Of a stretch of DNA of 64,000 nucleotides, positions 1-13,733 are shown piece by piece (the first letter of the stretch is position 1; every line of letters starts with the position of its first letter). Origin of the DNA: Mobula birostris. Its lineage: Eukaryota. The DNA is taken from contig NC_092370.1 of the NCBI RefSeq assembly GCF_030028105.1, forward strand, positions 94,446,969 to 94,510,968. Reading direction: 5' to 3'. Made by a program: the position numbers and the translations under genes. The notes under the pieces are model-generated. The model had not been told where the DNA came from, did no database searches, and saw only the letters and a list, made by a program, of their open reading frames with translations.

Positions 1-73
1 CTTGGACCAGAAACACAGATTTCTTAACATGGCCTTCATTGGTAATCTCCAGCACACGATAACTATTTCTTAC

Positions 74-274
74 CTTGCCTCCTTTGAGCTGAACCTGAGC
101 CCCAAAGCCCAGCAAGGTCTGCACCACCAGAGGCTTACAGTGCTGCACTGCAATGTGTAGGGCTGTGTAGCAATCCTTTGTCTTTGCATCAACGTGCGCC
201 CCCTTCTGGAGTAACACTTTCACTACAGTTGCGTGCCCTCTCTTTGCTGCAGTATGGAGGCACACTGCCCCAGA
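74..274 (-). CDS. trpn1: TRPN1/NompC exon encoding two ankyrin repeats (SGAVCLHTAAKRGHATVVKVLLQKGAHVDAKTK-DCYTALHIAVQHCKPLVVQTLLGFGAQVQLKGGK)
   Basis: Hand translation: 201 bp = 67 codons with no stops; acceptor ctccag| and donor |gtaaga; follows the HMPNK repeat in NompC order. Confidence 0.92.
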
Positions 275-2020
275 CTGGAGGAAGAAAAAAATTTAATATC
301 ATGAGAAAATATGCTAGAAATACAATCCACCGCGAATTTGTTAACTTCTTTCTGAAATTCCTTAGGAGATCCTTAGGAAATAAATTTACTGTTTATTACT
401 CTAGATTTTTAAAAAATAAGTCTACACAGTTTTTCATGGTGAATATAGAAACTTCAGAAGTTATTGGATTTTTGAACCACTGGGAAATTAAGGGATATGG
501 GGACCAGTAGATGATAGAGGCTTTGTGACTTACCTGTGGTTTTACTTCTTATGTTCTTCAATATTAAAAAGTTCCTTGTAATCATACATTCCAATGTACA
601 TTACTTCAGAAGTAATACAGACTGTTATAATACTTCATGGAACAGACTTAAAACAATTATAGTGACATAGAAAAACAAGTCTTCAGTGGGCAAATTTAGA
701 ACAATAATGATGTCAAGTTACATTATTACAGATTCTCTGGGAACTGAAACATAATTTTCCATGTCACTTCACATGGTCAAGCACTGAAGACTTCTCATGA
801 ATGGAAATATACAGAAATAAATGCTTTGAAAAAGATTTTATGACCATGTACTTTTAAGCAAAGCACAAAACAATTGTATTTCCCATTAACTAAAATTTAC
901 AAGCATTGTCACAGTTCTTCCTCATGGTCTTCTAAATATCACGTAGACAAGTGTAAGGCTGAGAGCTTACCAACCTGAACATGGTTTAATGGGGATAGTT
1001 GGATCGGAAGGGGGAGGGAAATAAACAAGAAAACCCCCACAACATCTACTATCTCCATATTGCAATTCTGGATGCTTTAAATTACCCTTAAGAGGTACAC
1101 TTTTATTAGGTTGGTGTGAGGCAAAAATATCCCAAAGCGTTGAGTCATTTAAGAGAAGCATTGGTGTACATATGGGCAGAAAAGAAATCAGTCAAATGCT
1201 TAAAGGAGTATCATAAAAAAAGGGAAGAGATGTAAAGAGATGGAGAAGCAGAGGAGGGAATCCTAAAGCTTCGGGCCTCAGCAGCTAATGTCATGGCCCT
1301 AAAATCTGGTAAATTAAATGTATGCATGAGTGAGAAACTAGAATCAGAGGAATATGTGTCACTGAAAAAAAGTAGAGAGTGGGAAGGAATTACAGGGAGG
1401 AAGGGAAAAACCATGGAGGGATTTGAAAACAAGGTCAAAAGTCTTTAAATTGGGTCTGGTTTCATATCTAATGCAGCAAGATGCTTGCCATCTGTCTCAG
1501 TCACAGGACACTGTTACAGGAGATTTTCCTCATCTGAGCCTCCAACAGGCTCCAGTCAAGTTCTGATGGTTTCCCTGACATTACCATAATACTGGCTGGA
1601 CTGCTAACACTTGTGGAACTATGCATTTTAGCTTGGAGATGGAGAGAGAAAAGTTGGCAAAGAAATGCATGTTTTTAAAGAAAAATTTAATTCCTTAAAT
1701 TCCTTCTTTCTAGTTCCTTAAAATGTACACTTAGCGGGATGGAGTCTGGAGAACTGGGTTAAATTCATGGGTACAATATGTCAATAGATACAGGAGGAGC
1801 CGAACTATGAGGAAGTACTGGCTGGAACTTCTGAACTGTAGATCTGTGGTCTCTCCCCTCAGAAATACTTCCCCTTTGGGAGAGCCAGATTGATGACTAC
1901 AAGAGAAACAACACTTGCCAAACTGGTGCAGACATCGTACAGCTAAGCTCTACCCAGCTGGCTTGTGGTCAAAGACGCAAGGTGAAAGAAACAAAAAGCA
2001 CAAAAAGGGACAATTGCTAC

Positions 2021-2119
2021 CTTATTGGGCATGTGGAGAGGGACTCCTTTTTTCAGGAATGCCAGCACTGTTTCAGGGTGGCCGCAGTGTGAGGCGATGT
2101 GCATTAAAGTACTTCCATC
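2021..2119 (-). CDS. trpn1: TRPN1 ankyrin exon (DGSTLMHIASHCGHPETVLAFLKKGVPLHMPNK)
   Basis: 99 bp, phase 0, caatag| ... |gtagca; DGSTLMHIAS...GH...KKGV.LHMPNK is characteristic of NompC/TRPN1. Confidence 0.93.
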
Positions 2120-3059
2120 CTATTGATAAAACACATTATATCTGTTTATGCAACAGTGATAGCTTTAAGTTTTTATTTCCATTAAAAATAAGTACTGTCT
2201 CTGGTATAGGCGTGAGGTATACAAGCCTGATTCCAAGCTTGCAGAATCAGCTGACTTCAGTTCAGATGGCAATACTGCTCTTATTGTTTCTGGAATTGGC
2301 ATGAAAAACCCAGAAGGATAAGTCACACTTGCATGTGTCGTTATATCTTATATAGCCTGTTTGTATCCATGTTGATGGTATTAATAGGGTAGCTTAAGTG
2401 TGCGGGGCACCTGCACTCAGCCCAAAGGAATGGTATTCAGCTTCCTGTTTCTTACCACTCTAATTCACCATGTCACTCCTACTGTAACCAGCATGTGCAG
2501 TTCTGTTCCAAGAAGGTTCAACTCAAGCTTCAGGAACAAAATCTCATCTTTCTGGGCATATTACAGGAGTCAATTTAAAACTCGGCAACCATAGATCATC
2601 ACTCTTTATTTTTGTCTATAGCATATCTAGCCTTTCCTATAATAATTTTGGCTTAGCTTTTCTTATTTTTTTGTATAGTTTATGATGGGAATGTCCCACA
2701 TACTCACCATTGGAGCAAAACTTTACGTTGACAAAGAAGCTTTATCTGTTACTTCATCACCACATTAAATTGTCTCACCCTATCAAAGAAATTATTTTTA
2801 TTCTACCCACTTGCTCTGCTACTTCAATTAACTTTTTTTTTCTCTCTGTTTCACTGTTCTGATGGAGGGTCTTGGAGCTGAAATATAAACTGTTTTTCTT
2901 ACAACAGATACTAAGTATTTCTAGCATTCTCTGTGTGTACTTCAGGTTTCCAGCATCTGCATTTTTCTGGATTTTACTTTACGTTTTGTTACAGAACATG
3001 GAAAATAACACAGGAATAGACCCAAAATCAAGAGAAAATCTGCAGATGCTGGAAATCTG

Positions 3060-4090
3060 AGCAACACACACAAAATGCTGGAGGAACTCAGCAGGCCAGG
3101 CTGCATCTATGGAAAAAAGTGCGGTCAATGTTTCGGGCTGAAATCCCTTGGCAGGACTGGAGAAAGAAAGGTGGGGGGAGGGGAGAGAGAAACGTCAGGT
3201 GATAGGTGAAACTTGGAGGGACAGAAGGCCATGGAAGAAAGAAAAGGGGGGCAGGGAGGAGCACTAGAGGGAGGCAATGGGTGGTCAAGGAGATAACATG
3301 AGAGAGGGACAAAGGGATGGGAAATGGTGAAAGAGGGGAGGGGCATTACTGGAAGTTTAAGAAATCGATGTTCATGCCATCAGGTTGGAGGCTACCCAAA
3401 TGGCATATAAGGTGTTGTTGTTCCTCCAACCCAAGTGTGGTCTTATCCCGACAGTGGAGGAGGCCATGGATGGACATATTGGAATGGGAATGGGAAGTGG
3501 AATTAAAACGGGTGGTCACTGGGAGATCACACTTCTTCTGGCAGACAGCTTGTAGGTGCTCAGCAAAGCGGTCTCCCAATCTACATCGGGCCTCACCGAT
3601 ATGCAAGTGGCCACACTGGGAGCACCAAACACAGTATATGACCCCAACAGTCTCACCATACCTGTAAAGACTGTTTGAGGCCCTGAATGGTACTGGGGGA
3701 GGAGGTGTAGAGGAAAATGTTGCACTTGTTCCATGTGCAAGGATAAGTGGGGAGGGATGAATGGACAAGGGAGTCGCGTAGGGAGCAATCTCTGTGGAAA
3801 GCAGAAAGTGGGGAGGAGGGAAAGATGTGTTTACTGGCAGAATTCAGTTGGAGGTAGCAGAAGTTTTGGAGAATTATGTGCTGGATGTGGAGACTTGCAG
3901 AGTGGTACGTGAGGACAAGAGGACCCTATCCCTGCTAGGGTGGTAGGAGGATGGGGTAGGAGCAGACATGCATGAAATGGAAGAGATGCGGTTGAGGGCA
4001 GCATTGATGGTGGAGGGAATGAAGCTCCTTTCTTTGAAAAAGGAGCACACCTCCTTCGTTCTGGAATGAAAAGCATCTTCCTGAGAGAAG
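3060..4090 (-). mobile_element. Penelope-like retroelement fragment (GIY-YIG endonuclease and 3' region)
   Basis: ORF 3346-3768: VIYCVWCSQCGHLHIGEARCRLGDRFAEHL...HSHSNMSIHGLLHC...LGSLQPDGMNIDF; boundaries approximate. Confidence 0.8.
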
Positions 4091-4332
4091 ATGAGAGCAT
4101 GAATAAACCCCTCAACTTATAATGCGTATTTTAACCATAATACTATGTAAAAAAACTTGACTTGTAAGTCTCCTTTAAACTTTTCCCCCTCACCTTAATG
4201 CTACAACCTCTAATATTTGATATTTCTACACTATCTATGCCTCTCTTAATTTTATATGCAGAATTTCTATCAGGTTGCTGTTCAGCATCTGATGCTCCAG
4301 AGAGCACTGAAATACTCCAGATGTTTCCCACT

Positions 4333-4810
4333 TAGACAATAGGTGCAGGAATAGGCCATTCAGCCCTTCGAGCCAGCACCGCCATTCACTGTGATCGTGG
4401 CTGATCATCCACAATCAGTATCCTTTTCCTGCCTTCTCCCCACATCCCTTGACTCCGCTATCTTTAAGAGCTCTATCTAACTCTTTCTTGAAAGAATCCA
4501 GAGAACTGTCCTCCACTGCCTTCCGAGGCAGAGCATTCTACAGAACCACAACCCTCTGTGTGGAAAAAGTTTTTCCTCAACTCCGTTCTAAATGGTCTAC
4601 CTCTTATTCTTAAACTGTGGCCTCTGGTTCTGGACTCCCTCAACATCGGAAACATGTTTCCTGCCTCTAGCGTGTCCAATCCCTTAATAATCTTATATAA
4701 TAAACTTCTCGTACTCTTCAGTCCTGGTGAATCTCTTCTGCACCCACTGGAAAGCCTTTGCATTCTTCCAAGAATGGGGTGACCAGAAGTACACACAATA
4801 CTTCCAACGC
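4333..4810 (-). mobile_element. CR1 LINE 3' fragments
   Basis: YKIIKGLDTLEAGNMFPM..ESRTRGHSLRIRGRPFRTELRKNFF, the CR1 ORF2 C-terminus, plus a CR1-type 3' UTR. Confidence 0.8.
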
Positions 4811-6899
4811 AGGCAAACCAAATGTTAAAACAGCTTCAACATGACTTCTGAGTCTTTCTGCTCCAAGCCCATTCGTTACTATTCTATCGATGGAGCAATG
4901 GACCTGCGCCTTGAAATCACTCTGTATACCAATGCTCCACATTTAACGTATAATTTCCTCTTACATTTGACCTTACACACGTGCAAGAATCTGTTCCCTT
5001 ATCATATTGGCATTCCAATATATTTTCACACTCATATGTGCTGCTGCCTCCTGAGTTCATAAGAGTCTGGTTCTCTGATGTTACTCATATTTGGATGCTA
5101 ATATGTGTTCCTGATATTGCAGCCATGATTGACTAGTGGAGTCTAAATGTATCATCACTGTGTCCATGTCCATTTAATTGCTTGTATTTAAACAGCATGT
5201 TTGTTGAGGTGAGATTTGAACTCCCATCTGCCAGGTGCGGATCTCAGGGTGTCAGTTCAACAGTGTAATCGCCAAGCACCTTGCAACTTCCTGAAATTGT
5301 TATGATCAGGGCAAGGATGTATTTCCCGCTCTCCCATTGTGCCACGTCCTCTGTGCTCCACAGGAATTGTGCCTGCCTTTAGTCACTATCCATTTTCCAG
5401 TGGCTATAAAGCAGCAGACATTGAAGGATACAACTGACAGTCGGGATAGTATTTTATCATGTGCCTGGCTTTCCAGAGAGAATGTGAAACCGGGCAGTAT
5501 CAGCTGTTCCCCACACTAATATTGGTTCCCTCACTACAAACAAAACCAACATCAATTGAATCTGAATGTTTTGGACCTTTTCCCTTCAGCATACAACTTC
5601 ATGTCATTAAACATGTTACCCTATAGTGGATAATGGAAGGAATTAACTACATCACAATCATCTGCCAATGAATTAGCTTCGGTTTCAGAAGCGCATTTTA
5701 TTTTTAATTGTTTTTGGTATTATTCTAGCCGAATGGCTAGCTTGTGTTTCCTGCTATATGGAAACATCCATATTTACGTGGCTTCATAAATCCCCTAACT
5801 GCTCTGCAGCCAATCAGAGGCAGTTTTGAGGAACAGTTGCTTTTGCAATGCAAGAGAATGTTTTTTGACAAGTTATTGCAGCAAAGGAGTGATGCAACGG
5901 GATGAAATAGCAGGCCTCTACTGTACACAAACACACCTGGGCTTTTATTTCTTTCAAGGTTCACTGAGGCTCATCCTTCATGCTATTGCACCTGTCCCTA
6001 ATTGTCTTGTTCCTGGACTCTCCTGCATGCCAATTGAACAGCAACCAGATGGAATGTACTGAGCCCATTCAAAGCATAGAGGCAGGTACAGTACAATCTG
6101 TCCTTTCCAAGACCTCACTGGGTTTTTAAAGAGATTCATACAATTTTGCTAAATGCTGCGAGACCAATTGCTGACAATTAATACTGCAATCAACAAACAT
6201 TGCTCACACAGTGGGCTGCATGGTTCATTGGTGTTAAAGCTTGGAAGTTAATACAATTAACAGTGGGGTATAACCTAGCCCTATTCTAAGTTTAACCTTC
6301 TGGCAAATATCATTTTCAACAAAGAGGTGCTCAGCACAGGACATTTTGTCAGCTGTGTTTTGCACTTCCGTGTCATTTATTATGTAATCTTTGTGAAAAG
6401 GAACTTACGCCTTTATATTTAATGTTTTTAAAACAAACTGATGACAGTTTTATTTGTTCCTGCTATAATTAAATTCATTAGAGCCACTATGTAAACACAA
6501 ATTTAGGCATTTAGTTTTGCAACATTAATGGTCACATGATTAACAGAGTAAATGCTGAAACATATCTTTGATATACTGACCGGAGTGCTCCCATCCCCGT
6601 GCACAGCACTTTGCTTGACATTTACAGGAGCTAAAAACTGAAGCAGTTGAAACCGGCAGCTCACTTGCCACCCTCTCAAAAGCAACAGACACTGACATGT
6701 CAGCATCTTGCAGATTTATGTAACTGAATCAAAATATATATCTCTTTTATAAGGAAGGATAATAGCTAAGTGGAATCTAGCCCTCAAGTGGAAGAACCAT
6801 AGACATGTCTGAAAAAATAAACTATTGATTTCATTTATTCATTTACAGGATGTGGACATTGCTGGCAAAGCCTGCATCCCTCAGTGTGTCTGATGGACC

Positions 6900-8235
6900 A
6901 GAATCAAGTTTATTATCACCGTCATGTGTCATGAAATTTGTTAACTTAGCTACAGCAGTACAATGCAATACATGATAACACAGAAAGAAAAATTAAGCAA
7001 ATCAGTTACTGTAATTATATATATGTGTACATTAAATAGATTAAAAATAGTGCAAAAACAGAAGTAATATAAATTTAAAAAATGAAGTAGTGTTCCTGGC
7101 TTCTGTATCTATTTAGGAATCATATGGCAGAGGGGAAGAAGTTGTTCCTGAATCGCTGAGTGTGTGCTTTCAGGCTTCTGTACCTCCTTCCTGAAGGTAA
7201 CAATGAGAAGAGGGCATGCCCTGGGTCTTTAATAATGGATGCTGCCTTTCTGAGGCACCGCTCCTTGAAGATGTCCAGGATAACGCAAAGGCTAGTACCC
7301 AAGATGAAGCTGACTAACTTTACAACTTTCTGTAGCTTCTTTCGGTCCTGTGCAGTGGCCCCACAATACCAGGTAGCCTATCAGAATGCTCTCCATGGTG
7401 CATCTATAGAAGCTTTTGGGTGTTTTAGGTGACAAACCAAATCTCTTCAAACTCCTAATGAGACATATCCACCGTCTTGCCTTTTTTATAGCTGCATCAG
7501 TGCGTTGGGACCAGGTTAGATCCTCAGAGATCTTGATGTTCAGGAACTTCACACTGCTCACTCTCTCCACTTCTGATCCCCCTATGAAGATTGGTTCACG
7601 TTCCCTCGTCTTGCCCTTCCTGAAGTCCACAATCAGCTCTTTGGTCTTACTAACGTTGACGGCAAGGTTTTTGCTGTGACGCCACTCAACTAGCTAGTAT
7701 ATCTTGCTCCTGTACACCAACTCCTCTCTATCTGAGATTCTACAAACAAAGTTGTCTCATCAGCAAACTTATAAATAGTATTGGAGCTATGCCTAGCCAC
7801 GCAGTCATGGGTACATAGAGTAGAGCAGTGGGCTAAGCACGCACCCCTGAGGTGCACCAGTGTTGATCATCAGCGAGGAGGATATGTTATCACTCATCCG
7901 CACAGATTGTGGTCTTCTGGTTAGGAAGTCAAGGATCCAATTGCAAAGGGAGGTACAGAGGCCCAGGTTCAGTGGCTTATTGATCAGGACTGGGGGAAAA
8001 ATGGTGATAAACGCTGAGCTATAGTCAATGAACAGCATCCTGACATGGTTGTTTGTATTGACCAGGTGATCTAAAGCCGTGAGAAGAGCCATTGAGATTG
8101 TGGCTGCTGTAGACCTATTATGGCGATAGACAAATTGCAGTGCATCCGGGTCCTTGCTGAGGCAGGAGTTCATTCTAGCCATGACCAACCTCTCAAAGCA
8201 TTTCATCACCATAGATGTGAGTGCTACTGGGTAAT
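6900..8235 (-). mobile_element. Rex1/Babar-type LINE, 5'-truncated and frameshifted
   Basis: ORFs 7805-8212 (MKCFERLV...LFIDYSSAF...[14 protein letters not shown]), 7292-7630 and 7120-7302 (HALFSLLPSGRRYRSL...FFPSAI). Confidence 0.85.
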
Positions 8236-9268
8236 AGCTGGGAGATGTTGGAGGTTATTAAGCACCAACCATATCAGTGGTACATCAGACACATACAGGT
8301 GATGGTAGATTTGGATAATAGCAGATTTTCTATCCTGAAGAACATTCAGGATTGTTTACTGGAGTTCAATGCCTGAGCTGTGGGTGAATCTCCAATCTTA
8401 AACATTTGCTGCCATCTAGTGACCATGTGGTAATATTGGCAATCTTGACTATCTTTCAGTTAAAAGGGGCCTTATTACTTTCTACTACAACTTTTTCCAA
8501 AATTATTGCACTTTGTTTTTTTTTTTGCTTGTTTATGCCTCTTGTTGCACTCAGCTATAACTTGCCTAAAATAATCTTGTGCAGGATGTTGTGGGTGGCC
8601 CAGCCAATTGAGCCACTGTCTCAGTGATCCAGCTACCCAGGTTTAATCACGACCTCTGGTGCTGTCTGTAAGGAGTTTACATATTCTCCCTGTGACCATG
8701 TGGGTCTTCTCCCACATCCCAAAGGTATACAAGTGGGTTGGGGAGGAAATACAGGAAAGATCAAGGGAAAATGGATTGCTGAGAGCTGGCATTCACTCAA
8801 CGGGCTGAATGGCCTTCTGAGTTGTGAAGATATGTGGAAATTTTAATATAAATTTATGGTGGATAGTGGGAGGAGTACCATTGATCTAAATTACAATAAA
8901 TCACCATAAAAGTCTATATAATCCAATGTTATTATCCCAATTTTATTTTGGAGTTCTGACAAAGCCTTTCAAAACCGAAAGCATGATTTTTTTCCATAGA
9001 TGCTGCCTGACCTGCTGAGAGACTCGCACACTTCCTGTTTTCATTTCCAATTTCCAGTACCTGCCATTTTTGATTATTGATTCCTGATGTTCAGACAGTT
9101 TTTGTCGGATTGGATTGATGGACTGGTTGATAGTTCACTGGCCACCATTTAGATATGTTTGTGAGAATCTTACTTGTCCTGTTCAGAACACGAGGCACCT
9201 AATCTTTTCGTAGATTCTGCTCACTTAGTTACAATTGAAGCTTATCGACGTTTGAGTGGTGGAAATAC

Positions 9269-9370
9269 CTTTGTTTGGGCCAGTACATTGGATTTAAATT
9301 TCTCAGTTAATACTTCAACCACATTGGTGTGTCCTCGTTCAGCAGCAATGTGCAGTGGTGACCGGTCCAG
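9269..9370 (-). CDS. trpn1: TRPN1 ankyrin exon (LDRSPLHIAAERGHTNVVEVLTEKFKSNVLAQTK)
   Basis: 102 bp, phase 0, ttacag| ... |gtattt; resembles NompC DRTPMHLAAENGH...KFKAS...RTK. Confidence 0.92.
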
Positions 9371-10399
9371 CTGTAATAGTGAAATAGACAGGATTAATCC
9401 AAATTCAATCACCATTCATGTATAATCTAATGCTATTAACCGTAAGTTATTTCATAAGCCTATAGAATCACAATGAGGCCTTTAGGCCTATCATTTCTGT
9501 GAGGTATGGGCATACATACAGACATAGACACAGAAACCCACCAGGTGCACACTGGCCATTATCCACCCATTTACACTAATCCTACACTGTTCATTTAAAA
9601 AAAATTCTTCCTGCATTCTCATCAACTCCCTCCAGAACCTCACGCTTTGGGACATGCCCTCTTCTCATTACTACTATCAAAGAGGTACAAGAGTTTGAAG
9701 ATCCATACTCAATGATTTAGGAATAGCGTCTTCCCCTCCACCATCAGATTTATGAACAGTCCATGAACCCATGAACACTACCTCATTATTCATTTTATTG
9801 CAGTGTTTAGTTATTTTTGTAATTTATAGAGTTTTATGTCTTTGCACTACTGTACTCCTGTGGCAAAACAACAGCTTTCACGTCATTTGTCCAGGATAAT
9901 AAATCTGATTTTGATTCTGATTTAGATTCCACAAATTCACCTACTCATCAGTGACAAGTCAGAGTGGCCAACCTACCCACTGAAGAACGTATCTTTGGCT
10001 CAGATTGAACCAATGTAGCTGACACTGGGAGGTTATGCCACAGTGTCACTGAATACGTACCTCATCAATTTTGGCTAAAACCAATGGAACTGAAAACAAA
10101 TTGGTTTGCTGATTAGGAAATGGCTGAGTGATAGGAGATAGGTACCTGTTAACATCTTGCATAGATAATGAGCTAAGGTTCTGATTGTATTTATTGACAT
10201 AATTTATTTGTTCCCTGCAACCTTCATCTCATTATCAGTGCAAAATGTTAGCATTGTTTCAGGTGTCCACAAAAATAGAATAAAATGTCAGGCGGCCAAG
10301 GTCATAAATCTTATTTTGATTTCTAATATCTCCAAATGTCTAATTGTATCTCCAGTGCTTTTTTTTTCTCATTGTTACCATAAGGAAAGAGGTACCTAC

Positions 10400-10770
10400 C
10401 GAATGTTGAAAAGACGAGACAGGGTGAATGAGGAGAGGATGTTTCCTATGGGGGTATCGAGAACTAGAGGACACTGCCTCAAAACGGAGTGGTGACCCTT
10501 TAGAACAGAGGTAAGGAGGATTTTTTTTTTTGCCAGAGAGCAGTGAATCTATGGAGGGCTCTTCCACAGACTACAGGTGGGGCCAAGTACGTGGACATAT
10601 TTAAGGTGGAAGTTGATAGCTTCCTGATCGGTCAGGGCAGTAAAAGATATGGTGAGAAGGAAGGTGTATGGGGTTGAGTGGGATCCGGGATCAGCCCTGA
10701 TGTAATGGTGGAGCAGACTTGATGGGCTGAATGGCCTAATTCTGCTCCTATGTCTTATGGTTTTATGGTC
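10400..10770 (+). mobile_element. CR1 LINE 3' end fragment
   Basis: YRMLK..DRV.EERMFP..SRTRGH peptide and the CR1 3' tail gggctgaatggcctaattctgctcctatgtcttatgg. Confidence 0.75.
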
Positions 10771-11239
10771 TAAGAAGCCTGACAGCACGCACTCAGCGAC
10801 TCAGGGACAGCTTCTTTCCCTCTGTCAACCGATTTCTGAACAGACATTGAATGCATGAACATTACCTCATTCCATTTTTTACTTATGTTTTTGCACTACT
10901 TATTTAATTTAACTATTTGATAGTCATACAATATATATATACTCATGTAATTCACAGTTTTTCCATATATTATGATGTATTACATTGTACTGTGGCCGCA
11001 ACGTTAACAAGTTTCACTACGTATGCCGGAGATATTAAACCTGATTCTGACTTTACAGATTTGCATGACTTCTCTCACTCTCTACACTGGTTATTGTGAA
11101 TCTCAGCTCCCCTAATTTGTTGTTTATGGTCCTCTGGGCTTGCTCCACTCCTCCATGCGTGTCAATTAGAATGGGGCCAAAACTTAACTTCCACGTTTCC
11201 AGCTGGAATCTTTTCATCACCTAATATAGATATCCTACC

Positions 11240-11520
11240 CAACAGCAGTTAGCACAATGCTTTACAGGGCAGGTGACCGGGGTTCAATTCCTGTGCTGTC
11301 CTTAAGGCGTTGGTATGTTCTGCCCGTGACTGTGTGGGTTTCTCTTGCATGCTCTGGTTTCCTCCCACAGTCCAACGATCTGCCGCTTGCTATCTTAATT
11401 GGTCATTGTAAGTTTGTAAATTGTCTCTTAATTAGGCTAGCATGAAAAATTGGGGGTTTGCTGGGTGGTAACAAAGGGCCAGAAAGGCCTACTCTGTGCT
11501 GTATCTCAATAAAATAAAAA
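11240..11520 (+). mobile_element. tRNA-derived SINE
   Basis: B-box-like ggggttcaattcc, central gtgtgggtttc...gctctggtttcctcccacagtcc domain, LINE-like 3' tail; related copies near 8590-8820, 29750-30000(-) and 34300-34570(-). Confidence 0.65.
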
Positions 11521-11566
11521 TAAGAGAAATTAAATATCTTCAGCGCATGAGAACTGAAGAGAGTAC

Positions 11567-11668
11567 CTTGTCTGTAATGTTTGGATTGGCTTTGTACTGA
11601 TAGAAGAACTTCAGCATGAGTTCATCTCCTTCCGAGGCAGCAATATGCAAAGGAGTTTGACCTTCTTT
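11567..11668 (-). CDS. trpn1: TRPN1 ankyrin exon (KEGQTPLHIAASEGDELMLKFFYQYKANPNITDK)
   Basis: 102 bp, phase 0, ttgcag| ... |gtactc; resembles NompC GEGQTPLHIAAAEGDE..LKYFY. Confidence 0.92.
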
Positions 11669-13150
11669 CTGCAATGAAGGAACAGGCAGAGCTGAGAAGT
11701 ACCATCTTCTTTTCTGTCCATTGAATCATGAATATATTAACATTGTTGTGAATTCTGCTGCCCCCACCCCCACCAGCTAATCCTCTTGGACACTTGGTCT
11801 TTCCTTCAGTTTTAGACAATACAGAGAAATCATTACAAGCCTCAGAAACAAATGAAATTCCAGGAATGGTTCTAATTTAACGTCCCATTAGAATTAATTT
11901 TTAATCCCCGAGTTTGCCAAATGTGAGGTTTGATATTAACTCTACAGCAGGAATGTGTCAAAAAGCTGCAAGCATCCATTCATAACATTAATGAGGTATA
12001 ATTCACAAAATATTTGTAGCCTCTCAGATTATAACTCTATTCTCTTGTGCACTGAAGTCTGATCACATCATTTAACTTCATCAGCAATATTTATTATACT
12101 GTCAGAAATTCTTCGCGGGTACAGTGTGAACAAGGAATGCAGAACTAACTTGTTTATCCCTGAGGCAACACTGTTTTCCTTCTGTCATTTAACAAGTTTT
12201 CAGCACAGTAAATAATTTACTTATTAATCATCTACAGCCTTTCAGAATGTGTTCTCAATGGCCACACTATTGTAGCTATTCCTTTAAAATTACTGGAGAG
12301 TTTACAATTGCTCATAGAACACGATGCTTCTGAAATTACTTTTAACACTGCCTGACTTGTGTGCACTTTCGCTCATCTGTGTATTTTATTTCTTGCAGTA
12401 GTTGCCTTTCTGTTCCATTTCCTGCTACAACTAGCATTTATATACTTTTGATGTTACCAAAAATTTATCTTGCTATTTTACTGTTCATTATCGTGCTTAC
12501 GTAGGAATGTGAGCAGAAGAAATCCACAGAATCCCCTGAACCTGCCCTGGCATTTAATGTGGGAAAATGTCAAACATCCCACATAGTAAAGTGTGACAAC
12601 CACGGACTCAGCTGCGCAGCAGATTCGACAATTCCACTCATGAATGTCCAAGTGTCAGCTAATTATTATTTCATTATGGCGGTATTTAACTCCCTTCTTT
12701 TCATCATAGCGCTTGTTGAGACTTGAGCAAAGCACACATTGCCTGCTTGCATTCGGCCTTGTCTGAGAAAGTGGACTATCGAGTCAAATGACATTGAAGA
12801 CTAGCGATTCACATTTTATATTTAGATATTACTTTTGGCCACAGTATTGGCATCTAGTTTTTTATTTGAGGGTTTTAGTTAATGGTCCTGTTTGGCCTAG
12901 CGTTTATTGTTTTCCTTTTCTTTAAAATCCTGTTTGCATTAAAATCCTGTCTGTGCACTATTGACCCGCTTCAGTGTCTCTTTCTCTCCTCACTTGGGCC
13001 ATATCCGAACATCCATACAGTAAAGTCCGTATCAGCAACTTCTACTACCCTGCTGTTGTCAATTCTTTTAGAAAAACCCAAATTTGTGAGTCAACATACG
13101 TTGTCCACTTTCTTCAATGATATAAAATTTACATAGAAATTAGAACAGTA

Positions 13151-13715
13151 TGTAACACGCTGTAAGGTTTCACTGCTAAATGTAGTGGCCTCTCTGTAGC
13201 AGCAATGTTTGGGTTATGACTAGAGATAATGGTGCTTTGGAATGTGGGGACTATCCAATGAGAGAAATTTTGTTCTTTTTTGTTCTTTTTTGTGAGAAGA
13301 GAGAGTTTTGCGGTCTTTTGCCAGGTAGAGATGAGGAGAGAAGCCGCGAATGAAGAGAGTTGGTAGACCACTGGACGGAGTGGGCTTGGAGTGAGGGTTC
13401 GAAGGTCAGCGACGATCGAAGAAGGTCGATGGTGGACAGACGGCTTATCAGGGAGCTCCAACATTGTGCAATAGACTGTTTCATGAGAATGGGCCCTTTT
13501 CCTTTTTTTGTTTTCTTTACCAACCATATAGTCAAATTAAGAATTATAAAGCTCAATCGTTTAATCACATGTTGTGTACTATTTGTTATTTCATGGCACC
13601 GATTTGTAACAGGGGACACATCGTACAGCATCCACCCAAACGAGATTCCTTAAGTTTAGCCGGGCCAGAGGCTATCACCCCCTATATTAAGTCACTAGCC
13701 GAAGCGAGAATTACA
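13151..13715 (+). repeat. 5' LTR of the Gypsy element
   Basis: Starts TGTAAC, ends TTACA; diverged direct repeat of 19509-20061. Confidence 0.92.
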
Positions 13716-13719
13716 ATTC

Positions 13720-13733
13720 TGGGGGCTCGTCCG
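13720..13733 (+). promoter_or_regulatory. Primer-binding site complementary to tRNA-Pro
   Basis: tgggggctcgtccg just after the 5' LTR matches the classic tRNA-Pro PBS TGGGGGCTCGTCCGGGAT. Confidence 0.85.

Noticed and set aside
178-510. Plus-strand ORF here, and similar ones at 1915-2304, 9174-9425 and 21056-21241
   Set aside because: Antisense shadows of TRPN1 exons with no independent coding signal
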